This document shows, piece after piece, positions 23,042 through 30,019 of a stretch of DNA of 32,481 nucleotides. The notes beneath the pieces were generated by a model that ran no database searches, was not told the origin of the DNA, and was given only the letters and a program-made list of their open reading frames with translations. Position 1 is the stretch's first letter. Every line of letters starts with the position of its first letter. Source of the stretch: Candidatus Pacearchaeota archaeon (GTDB lineage: Archaea > Nanobdellota > Nanobdellia > Pacearchaeales > GW2011-AR1). The stretch covers positions 1 through 32,481 of the forward strand of contig JAFCDH010000010.1 of the NCBI GenBank assembly GCA_017609795.1, read 5' to 3'. The position numbers and the translations under genes were made by a program.

Positions 23042-24415
23042 TCATTTCTCAGGTTTCATAAAAGGAAATAATAAAATTTCTCTTAGAGAATTTGAATTAG
23101 TAATCAACATTACAAATCTATCAATACCCATACCAAAGCCAGCAGCAGGAGGCATAGCATATTTCAAAGCTTCTATAAATTCTTCATCATGCTCATGCTT
23201 CTCACCTTTTTTCTTTGCTTGTTCTTTAAATCTTTTTTCTTGTTCTAAAGGGTTATTTAATTCAGAAAAAGCATTAACAATCTCTATTCCATCAATAATT
23301 AATTGAAATCTCTGAACAGTTTTTTCATCATTCTTTTTTGCAAGAGGAGAGATATCCATAGGATGATTTATAACAAAAGTTGGCTCTTTAATTTTCTTAA
23401 TTGCTTGTTTAAATGCTTCATCAGTCATTTTTCCTTTAGTTAATTTCTCAAATGTAATTCTTTTAAATGGTTTTTTAATTTTAATTTTCTTGCTATTCCT
23501 TTGTATTTCAAGTTTCCCGTTAACTTTTTTTACAACATAAATAATAAGCTCTTCTGTTAATTTCATTAATTGATTATATTCCATATATGCTTGATAAAAT
23601 TCTAAATTTGTAAATTCAGGATTATGACTCCAATCAACACCCTCGTTTCTAAAACATCTTGAAAATTCAAATACTTTATCAAAACCTGCAATTAATAATC
23701 TCTTTAAATAAAGTTCTGGAGCTATTCTCATATAAACATTCATATCATAAGCATTATATTTTGTTACAAATGGTTTAGCAATTGCACCTCCTGCAATTGG
23801 TTGCAAAACAGGAGTATCAACTTCTAAAAATCTTTTTTTAATTAAAAAATCCCTTAAAGCCTTTATTACTTCAGATCTTTTAACAAAAACTTCTTTATTT
23901 TCAGGATTCATAATCAAATCTAAATATCTTTTTCTAAATCTTTCTTCTTTATCTTGCAATCCATGCCATTTTTCAGGTAAAGGTAAAAGACTTTTACTAA
24001 GCAATTTTAATTTTTTCACTAAAACAGAAATCTCTCCTGTTTTTGTTTTAATTATACTCCCTTCACAACCAATAATATCTCCTACATCAATATATTTTTT
24101 AAAAAATTCAATTTCTCTTGGATTTGTTTGTCCTTTTTGCAAGACAATTTGAATCTTGCCTTTACTATCATGCACAGTAACAAAGACAAGTTTTCCTAAA
24201 CTCCTTATAATCATTACTCTTCCAGCAATCTTAACTTTATTTTTACTTTTTTGATTATTTTTCAGTTTAGAATATTTCTTTTTTATTTCACTAGAAAAAT
24301 CTTTTCTATCAAATTTGTGAGGATAAGGATTAATCCCTTTTTTTCTCAGCTCTTCTAGTTTTCTCCTTTTTTCATTTATTATTTGTTGTTCTCGTGACAT
24401 TTTTTTCATCTGCAT
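23042..24415 (-). CDS. lysS: Lysyl-tRNA synthetase, class II
   Basis: 457 aa with an N-terminal OB anticodon-binding region and class II motifs (FLEVDTPVLQ, FRNEGVDWSHNPEFTNLEFYQAY, GFGMGIDRFVMLIT). Confidence 0.95.
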   Translation of the reverse strand: MQMKKMSREQQIINEKRRKLEELRKKGINPYPHKFDRKDFSSEIKKKYSKLKNNQKSKNKVKIAGRVMIIRSLGKLVFVTVHDSKGKIQIVLQKGQTNPREIEFFKKYIDVGDIIGCEGSIIKTKTGEISVLVKKLKLLSKSLLPLPEKWHGLQDKEERFRKRYLDLIMNPENKEVFVKRSEVIKALRDFLIKKRFLEVDTPVLQPIAGGAIAKPFVTKYNAYDMNVYMRIAPELYLKRLLIAGFDKVFEFSRCFRNEGVDWSHNPEFTNLEFYQAYMEYNQLMKLTEELIIYVVKKVNGKLEIQRNSKKIKIKKPFKRITFEKLTKGKMTDEAFKQAIKKIKEPTFVINHPMDISPLAKKNDEKTVQRFQLIIDGIEIVNAFSELNNPLEQEKRFKEQAKKKGEKHEHDEEFIEALKYAMPPAAGFGMGIDRFVMLITNSNSLREILLFPFMKPEK

Positions 24416-24475
24416 ATCTTTATTCTCATTAAGATTCCAATATTTTTAATTTTTATAAGTTATTAATTAATCCTT

Positions 24476-24709
24476 TCAAAACCCCTTTAAAACTTTAAAC
24501 CCACTTAATCCTTGATGTTTAATCTCTTGTGTTTCTACATTTTTAACATCAGAATGTGCAGGCCCTTTTCTACATATTTTAACCATTTCTAAATTTCTTG
24601 CAAATCCTTTTAATCCAAGCTCATTTGCTTTATCTTTAATAAAATTTCTAAAAAATACCCCTTGTACTGTTCCAGATATAAATATTTTAGTAGATTTCAT
24701 TTTTAACAA
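24476..24709 (-). CDS. acyP: Acylphosphatase-like protein with an apparent internal deletion
   Basis: ISGTVQGVFFRNFIKDKANELGLKGFARNL matches V.G.VQGVgFR...A..lgl.GwvrN. The usual DG.VE....G segment after RN is missing (77 aa total). Confidence 0.6.
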   Translation of the reverse strand: MLKMKSTKIFISGTVQGVFFRNFIKDKANELGLKGFARNLEMVKICRKGPAHSDVKNVETQEIKHQGLSGFKVLKGF

Positions 24710-24750
24710 TTATAACAAACAAGAATACTTTTTATATCTTACTCTTGAAT

Positions 24751-24854
24751 AAATATTAATATCTTAATGAAATATTATGAGATACATAACAAAAGCTTAA
24801 TTTACTCATAACATAACTTAAAATTCCAACAAAATTCTAGAAATAATATAAACC
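24751..24854 (+). repeat. Intergenic repeat copy L, inverted relative to flanking genes
   Basis: aaatattaatatcttaatgaaatattatgagatacataacaaaagcttaatttactcataacataacttaaaattccaacaaaattctagaaataatataaacc reads in the sense orientation on the plus strand, although both neighbours are minus-strand genes. Confidence 0.7.
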
Positions 24855-25427
24855 TCAAACTCCTCTCAAATCCAACTCATTATGAATTATAATAAAAGTT
24901 TGTGAAGCAAAATAAATCTTTTTTCCAATAGAGACTTTATTTTTAAATTTTTTAATTTCTTTTCTAGGTAGACCTTCATGATCTCCAATAACAAAAACAC
25001 AGTTATTTAATTTTTTATCATCTACTTTTCTAATATCTTCTCCTTTAGTATCAAGTATACAGGTCTCTTTTCCTTTGTCTTCAAGTTCTTTAACAAGTTT
25101 TGCAAAACTCTTTTTCTCAATAAAACATCCTGGAAAAACTTCTATTTTTCTGTTTTCATTGCATTTATACAACATTCTTTTTATTAATCCTGCAACATCT
25201 TTTTTACTGATTGGAATATCTTTGTTTGAAACAAACTCTAAATGCATAGGAGGATTTGGAGCTCCATTAAAAATCAAATGCAAATGAACATCTTCTCTCA
25301 TTTTATTTGATATAAATAATGCTTGGATAATAACATTGCAAACAATATCCATTCTTCCTGCTTTTTTCAAATCCTTCCAATTTCCAGAAGTTCTTGCTTT
25401 TTTAGAATAATAAATAAATTCTCTCAT
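24855..25427 (-). CDS. trmY: tRNA (pseudouridine54-N1)-methyltransferase TrmY (SPOUT, DUF358)
   Basis: MREFIYYSKKARTSGNW..DLKKAGRMDIVCNVIIQALFIS...VHLHLIFNG. Typical TrmY N-terminus and length (190 aa). Confidence 0.75.
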   Translation of the reverse strand: MREFIYYSKKARTSGNWKDLKKAGRMDIVCNVIIQALFISNKMREDVHLHLIFNGAPNPPMHLEFVSNKDIPISKKDVAGLIKRMLYKCNENRKIEVFPGCFIEKKSFAKLVKELEDKGKETCILDTKGEDIRKVDDKKLNNCVFVIGDHEGLPRKEIKKFKNKVSIGKKIYFASQTFIIIHNELDLRGV

Positions 25428-25457
25428 TTATCTAAAAGAATTTATTGGTTTAAAGAA

Positions 25458-25664
25458 TTAACTACTGCTAGCTAAAACCCCTAATCGAGTATCAGAAATC
25501 TTAGTCTTTGTTAAATAAGGAATTTCAATATGTGTTTTTCCATCATTCCCACAAATATATAAATTTAAATGTTTTTGTCCAAGTCTAGCAGACACACAAT
25601 CAGCTCCAGATACTTGTTCTTTCACTTCCCAATACTCTCTTGTTTTATTACTTAGCTCACTCAT
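25458..25664 (-). CDS. Hypothetical small protein
   Basis: 68-aa ORF 30 nt upstream of trmY on the same strand. No motif recognised. Confidence 0.3.
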   Translation of the reverse strand: MSELSNKTREYWEVKEQVSGADCVSARLGQKHLNLYICGNDGKTHIEIPYLTKTKISDTRLGVLASSS

Positions 25665-25710
25665 AATAAAGAATTATAATATCCCTACTTTAAAAACTTT
25701 ATCATATTTT

Positions 25711-26412
25711 TCATTTAGGTCTATTTGTTTTCAACTTCTTAAACTTCCTGACTTTTCTTAAATCAATCATTTGTTCTGTTGCATAACTAAAAGTAAGCGA
25801 AGGCATATCTATATGTTTTAAAATTAATCTTTTAACAATTTCAAGTTCTTTTTTTCCAGCTTCTCTTAACATCCAGCCAGTTGCCTTTTGAATATAAGGT
25901 TCTTTATCATAAAGATAATCTTTTGCTAATTTCATAGTTAATTTAACATCTCCTGTTTTAATCCTCGGAAGTGTTGAAACAATTGCAATTCTTCTCATCC
26001 AAAAATTATCACTTTGACTTAATTTTAAAAGTTCTTTTTCAAGTTTTGGATATTTTAATAAAATCTTCCCTATGATAAAAGAAGAAACAGCATCTATCTG
26101 ATCCCAAGTATGAATCTCCTTTAATCTTGGTTTTAAAAACTTCCAGGTTTTCATGTCAAATTCTTTTTCATATAACTGGAGGGTATATAATGCTAAAGAC
26201 ATTTCCTCATGATAACCAGATTCCCATAATCTGTCAAAAGTTTCATAAAATTCTTTTAAACCATGCTCTTCATAAAGTCTTTTTGCTAAGGTTCTTATTT
26301 CAGGCACCCTAACCCCATAAAACTCATAAGGAGATTTAATATATTTTTTAATATCTGATGCAAATTGCTTATCACTTAATTTCTTTAGTTGTTTTCTTAT
26401 TCCATTTGGCAT
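25711..26412 (-). CDS. DNA alkylation repair protein (AlkD-like HEAT-repeat family)
   Basis: 233 aa. FYGVRVPEIRTLAKRL, WMRRIAIVST and IQKATGWMLREAGKK are characteristic of the DNA_alkylation family. Confidence 0.7.
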   Translation of the reverse strand: MPNGIRKQLKKLSDKQFASDIKKYIKSPYEFYGVRVPEIRTLAKRLYEEHGLKEFYETFDRLWESGYHEEMSLALYTLQLYEKEFDMKTWKFLKPRLKEIHTWDQIDAVSSFIIGKILLKYPKLEKELLKLSQSDNFWMRRIAIVSTLPRIKTGDVKLTMKLAKDYLYDKEPYIQKATGWMLREAGKKELEIVKRLILKHIDMPSLTFSYATEQMIDLRKVRKFKKLKTNRPK

Positions 26413-26440
26413 TTTCTGTTTTTACTTTTTTTATTTTTGG

Positions 26441-26540
26441 ATTTATATTATTATTTTATCTGGAATTTTAAGCTTTATTATCTGAGTATCCTAATCTTCT
26501 CATCTCCATATCACCTTACGCTTATAAGATATTAGCATTT
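26441..26540 (-). repeat. Intergenic repeat copy E7
   Basis: ctggaattttaagctttattatctgagtatcctaatcttctcatctccatatcaccttacgcttataagatattagcattt. Confidence 0.75.
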
Positions 26541-26581
26541 TTTTATCACCCATTAAGATTAGTTTTAAATAAAATACAAAA

Positions 26582-27148
26582 TCATCTTGACAGAGCTTTT
26601 CTATGAACTTGAACTTGTTTAGCTTTTGAAGTATGTTTTTGTTCTTTCGCTTGCATTTTTGCTTTTGCTAATCCTTCTTCTTTAGAGGCTTCTTTCTTTT
26701 CTTTTGTTTCTTTTGTTTCTTCAGGTTTTGGTTCCTCAGGCTTTAATCCTTCTTCTGATTTTTTAATTTCTTCAGCTTTAGCCTTTTTCTTTTTATCAAG
26801 CTTTGCTCTTTTCTTTTCTTCTCTTAATTGAGCAAATTTAATATGGGCGGGAATATTAACTAATTCAACTCTTACAATATCATTATCATATTTTTTTGCT
26901 TTAACTTTAATTCTTGCAGGAGGCTTTTTCATTCCTCTGAATCTTATTTCATTATTTAAAATTTGTTCAATTTTAATTTTTCTTAAATCTCTATCATAAA
27001 TTTTCATATGTTTTGCTATAAATTGCTTTAATGCCTTTACAGCTTTATTTGCTCTTTTATATTCTGGAACTTTTAACCATTGTTTTCTAAGTGGAACTAT
27101 ATATTCTCTTTCTAAAATGATCTTTGGTTCTGCTTTTTTCTTTGCCAT
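26582..27148 (-). CDS. rpl31e: Ribosomal protein eL31 with long Lys/Glu-rich C-terminal extension
   Basis: EREYIVPLRK...KRANKAVKALKQFIAKHMK...IKIEQILNNEIRFRGMKKPPARIKVKA is the eL31 core (~95 aa), followed by ~90 aa of K/E-rich sequence. Confidence 0.85.
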   Translation of the reverse strand: MAKKKAEPKIILEREYIVPLRKQWLKVPEYKRANKAVKALKQFIAKHMKIYDRDLRKIKIEQILNNEIRFRGMKKPPARIKVKAKKYDNDIVRVELVNIPAHIKFAQLREEKKRAKLDKKKKAKAEEIKKSEEGLKPEEPKPEETKETKEKKEASKEEGLAKAKMQAKEQKHTSKAKQVQVHRKALSR

Positions 27149-27158
27149 TTTATTATTT

Positions 27159-27282
27159 TATATTATTTTTATTCTGGAATCTTATTATATCTTTAAGTTG
27201 TGTTATGAATAGATTAACCTTTTTCCATTATCTTAATCTTATCATCTTTATATCATTATATACATTAAGATATTGATAATTT
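27159..27282 (-). repeat. Intergenic repeat copy E8
   Basis: tatattatttttattctggaatcttattatatctttaagttgtgttatgaatagattaacc...atcatctttatatcattatatacattaagatattgataattt. Confidence 0.75.
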
Positions 27283-27289
27283 ATTTCCC

Positions 27290-27490
27290 TTAACCCAACT
27301 GTTGTTTTCTTTGTCTTCTTGGTTTAATTTTTAATTTAGTTCTTCTCCAGTTTCTTCTAACATAAGTTACAGATGAAGGGTGTGCTTTTTTTCCTACTCC
27401 TAATTTCTTTAAAACAACCCAAACAGGGGCCCATCTAGTTCTTCTATTCATTTTACTTAATTTTATTTTCTTTTGATATTTTGGTTTCAT
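27290..27490 (-). CDS. rpl39e: Ribosomal protein eL39
   Basis: KLSKMNRRTRWAPVWVVLKK...RRNWRRTKLKI matches the eL39 pattern. 66 aa with a short basic C-terminal extension. Confidence 0.8.
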   Translation of the reverse strand: MKPKYQKKIKLSKMNRRTRWAPVWVVLKKLGVGKKAHPSSVTYVRRNWRRTKLKIKPRRQRKQQLG

Positions 27491-27544
27491 TTTGTTTTTT
27501 TAAAAATGAAATGCTTGAAAATTTTTAATTTTCATTGTGCCATT

Positions 27545-27631
27545 TTTATATTATTTTTTGGAATCTAATAAGCTCATATAAGCTTCACATATCATCTTTA
27601 TCTCATTATATTTCATAAGATATTAGTATTT
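27545..27631 (-). repeat. Intergenic repeat copy E9
   Basis: tttatattattttttggaatctaataagctcatataagcttcacatatcatctttatctcattatatttcataagatattagtattt. Confidence 0.7.
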
Positions 27632-27636
27632 CTATT

Positions 27637-28299
27637 TTATTTCACTCCCTCAACATCTTCTTTTACATCTTCTTTAATCTCTTTATCAGCTTGTTTTTGA
27701 GTAATCTCCTTTTCTTCAACTTTATCTTCTATTTTAGTTATATCTTTAGCTAAATCTTTTTCAGTTTTTTCAATTTTCTCTTCAATTTTATTATCTTTAA
27801 TACTATCCAAAGCCTCTTTATTTTCAGTAGTATGTAGCTGTTTGTCTTTAGACATATCAGTTAATTTTCCTTTATCTTCTATTTCAATACTTTCTAAAAA
27901 CTCTCTCCCTTTTTTAGTTAATCTTCTTCCAGCTTTTTCCCCAAGTTCACTATATTTTTCTAAAAATTCAGCAGATTCAGCTTGTTGTAAGATTACACGA
28001 ATAATTTTTCCACTTGCTTTCTTAAATCTCTCAGGTTTCATTCCTCTATTTTTTTTACTCCCATATCTTGTTCTTAGTTTATTAACTCCGACTAATTTAT
28101 GAATATAAATCTGTCTTAAAATACTTGCAGCTCTTTTATACCAGAAATCCTTTTCTTGAGAAGGTCTTTTTTTTGCAACTCCTGATTTAACAAATGCAAC
28201 CCATTCAGGCTGTTTAAACTCAGGAATTTCTTTTAAAGCAAAAGCTAATTGCTTATTATATTCATTTGAAGGCATTTCATATACTGGATTTGATTTCAT
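27637..28299 (-). CDS. rps19e: Ribosomal protein eS19 with Lys/Glu/Asp-rich C-terminal extension
   Basis: PEWVAFVKSGVAKKRPSQEKDFWYKRAASILRQIYIHKLVGVNKLRTRYGSKKNRGMKPERFKKASGKIIRVILQQAE is the eS19 core, and the last ~70 aa are charged low complexity. Confidence 0.9.
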   Translation of the reverse strand: MKSNPVYEMPSNEYNKQLAFALKEIPEFKQPEWVAFVKSGVAKKRPSQEKDFWYKRAASILRQIYIHKLVGVNKLRTRYGSKKNRGMKPERFKKASGKIIRVILQQAESAEFLEKYSELGEKAGRRLTKKGREFLESIEIEDKGKLTDMSKDKQLHTTENKEALDSIKDNKIEEKIEKTEKDLAKDITKIEDKVEEKEITQKQADKEIKEDVKEDVEGVK

Positions 28300-28344
28300 T
28301 TTAAATCTTGGTTTGGATCATAACCTTTTCAAAAGGTTTGTTTT
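28300..28344 (-). promoter_or_regulatory. Conserved leader with palindrome, shared with the RuBisCO leader
   Basis: Sense strand aaaacaaaccttttgaaaaggttatgatccaaaccaagatttaaa runs directly into the eS19 ATG. Palindrome aaccttttcaaaaggtt at 28322-28338. Confidence 0.45.
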
Positions 28345-28362
28345 CATTTTTTTGATGTTATT

Positions 28363-28458
28363 TTTTATCTATATTTTTATAGGCTCAATCAAGCTTTGTT
28401 ATGTTTAGCTTAATCTTTTCCTCTACATATCATTATATCCATTAAGATATTAGTTTAT
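28363..28458 (-). repeat. Intergenic repeat copy E10
   Basis: ttttatctatatttttataggctcaatcaagctttgttatgtttagcttaatcttttcctctacatatcattatatccattaagatattagttt. Confidence 0.7.
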
Positions 28459-28540
28459 TATTATCAGACCATTCCTTACGGAATTAGATAGGCTTTTGCC
28501 TTTAAATCTAAAAATAAATGAGAAAAAGGGTTTATAAAAC

Positions 28541-28792
28541 TTACCCTCTGGCCTTTCTCCACTTCTTTAGGAAAATACTAAACCCAATAATTTTATAAGT
28601 AAATTTATCTCCTAAAAAATTATTAATTTCTTTAGCATATTTTTTAACATCTTCTTTACTTTCTCTTGCACTCTGCAGAACATGGATTTTAATAGTTTTA
28701 TTTTGATATTTTTCAAATCTTTTCTTTAAATTCTCTAAAAATTCAGGAGTAAGTCCTTTTTTTCCTAATTGTGTTTCTGATTGAGATGTCAT
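28541..28792 (-). CDS. CRS1/YhbY-type RNA-binding protein
   Basis: 83 aa. LGKKGLTPEFLENLKKRFEKYQNKTIKIHVL...KIIGFSIFL fits the iGK.Glt....i...l.....vKv.vl...iG pattern of YhbY domains. Confidence 0.55.
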   Translation of the reverse strand: MTSQSETQLGKKGLTPEFLENLKKRFEKYQNKTIKIHVLQSARESKEDVKKYAKEINNFLGDKFTYKIIGFSIFLKKWRKARG

Positions 28793-28906
28793 GAGTTTAT
28801 TAAGAATCTTTCTTATTTAAGATTATGTTTTCTTTTAATCTTTATAAATAAAAAGTTCACAAAAGCTTAAAAACACTATTTTTCTTAGAATTTCATATAA
28901 TTTAAA

Positions 28907-29491
28907 ATGAAAAAACAAAATCCTGCAAAAGACTATAGGAATTATCGATGGTTTTTTACATCAAATAAAATTTTAGTAGTTGGTGGTAAATCAGATAATC
29001 AAAATGAAGCAGTTATAAGAAATTTTTTAAAATTAAATTATACACTTATGCATACCTCCCTTCCAGGTAGCCCATTTATGATAATTCAATCTCATAATCC
29101 TACTAAAAAAGATTTAGAAGAGACTGCGATATTTACTGCTTGTTTTTCTCATCAATGGAAACTTGGAGAAAAGAAAATAGAAATTGATATTTTTAAAGGA
29201 ACTGATATTTACAAAACTAAATCAATGAAAGTTGGAACCTTTGGTGTTAAAGCTAAGAAAAAAACGATGAAAGTAAAACCAGAACTTGCTTTAATTATTC
29301 AAAAAGGAAAATTAAGAGCTGTTCCTGTAACAACTAAAGAAAAGATTCTTGCAATTATTAAACAAGGAAAATTAACAAAAGAACAAGTTGCAGATAAAAT
29401 TACTAAAAAAATCAAGGATAAATTTCATTTCCCTATTTCAAAACAAGAAGTTATGCAAGCAATTCCGAGTGATAAGTTGAGTGTTAAATGA
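28907..29491 (+). CDS. NFACT-R/DUF814 domain RNA-binding protein
   Basis: RWFFTSNKILVVGGKSDNQNEAVIRNFLKLNYTLMHTSLPGSPFMIIQS matches the DUF814 core (..ilvGrn..qNe.l....d.w.Ha...GS..vi). Confidence 0.6.
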   Translation: MKKQNPAKDYRNYRWFFTSNKILVVGGKSDNQNEAVIRNFLKLNYTLMHTSLPGSPFMIIQSHNPTKKDLEETAIFTACFSHQWKLGEKKIEIDIFKGTDIYKTKSMKVGTFGVKAKKKTMKVKPELALIIQKGKLRAVPVTTKEKILAIIKQGKLTKEQVADKITKKIKDKFHFPISKQEVMQAIPSDKLSVK

Positions 29492-29494
29492 TTC

Positions 29495-29923
29495 TCACAA
29501 TCTCTTTTTTAATTCTCCTATCTTCTTAACATACTCTTCTTCAGAATAAACTTTTCTTTTTTTCCAATTAATGTCTTTTGAACCTATTTGCATATTTGGA
29601 ATAATATGATAATGCAAATGACTAATAGATTTTCCAACTTGTTTATTATTTCCTTCTCTATAAAGAATACTGACATTTTTATATTTTTTATGAAGTTTTT
29701 TCAAACCATAATAAAGCAGTTCTTCAATAGCATTTTTTTCTTGTTTTGATAAGTCTCCTAATCTCAAAACATGTTTTTTTGGAAGAACGAGTAAATGATC
29801 TTTTGTATAAGGGGCCTTTGCAAGAGTAAGAATTGTAAATTTATTTTGTTTTATAATTTCATCTTTTTCAAGTTCACAAAAAGGGCATCTCTTTAATTTT
29901 TTTAAGTATGATTGGTATAGCAT
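29495..29923 (-). CDS. HIT-family nucleotide hydrolase/transferase
   Basis: Histidine triad HLHYHIIP and an N-terminal CPFC zinc-like motif. 142 aa. Confidence 0.8.
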   Translation of the reverse strand: MLYQSYLKKLKRCPFCELEKDEIIKQNKFTILTLAKAPYTKDHLLVLPKKHVLRLGDLSKQEKNAIEELLYYGLKKLHKKYKNVSILYREGNNKQVGKSISHLHYHIIPNMQIGSKDINWKKRKVYSEEEYVKKIGELKKRL

Positions 29924-30019
29924 TTTTAAATCTCTTAATAAAAAGAGAAACAGATTTTTTAAGAGTTTGTATTAAAAGATGACCATAACATTTATATACT
30001 TTGCTGTATTAATTATATC

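Noticed and set aside
7764-28102. Other short track ORFs: 7764..7949(-), 12797..12991(+), 12995..13231(-), 15136..15447(-), 16548..16748(+), 20466..20768(+), 22762..22965(-), 25075..25287(+), 26127..26312(+) and 27842..28102(+)
   Set aside because: Each is nested in or antisense to a longer gene with recognisable motifs. 22762..22965 starts at a TTG inside the orphan repeat and overlaps the better-supported plus-strand ORF.
271-28458. Could the intergenic repeats be a CRISPR array or CRISPR remnants?
   Set aside because: Copies are 80-120 bp, mosaic rather than identical, and separated by whole genes (0.3-11 kb) rather than 30-40-nt spacers. No cas genes are present.
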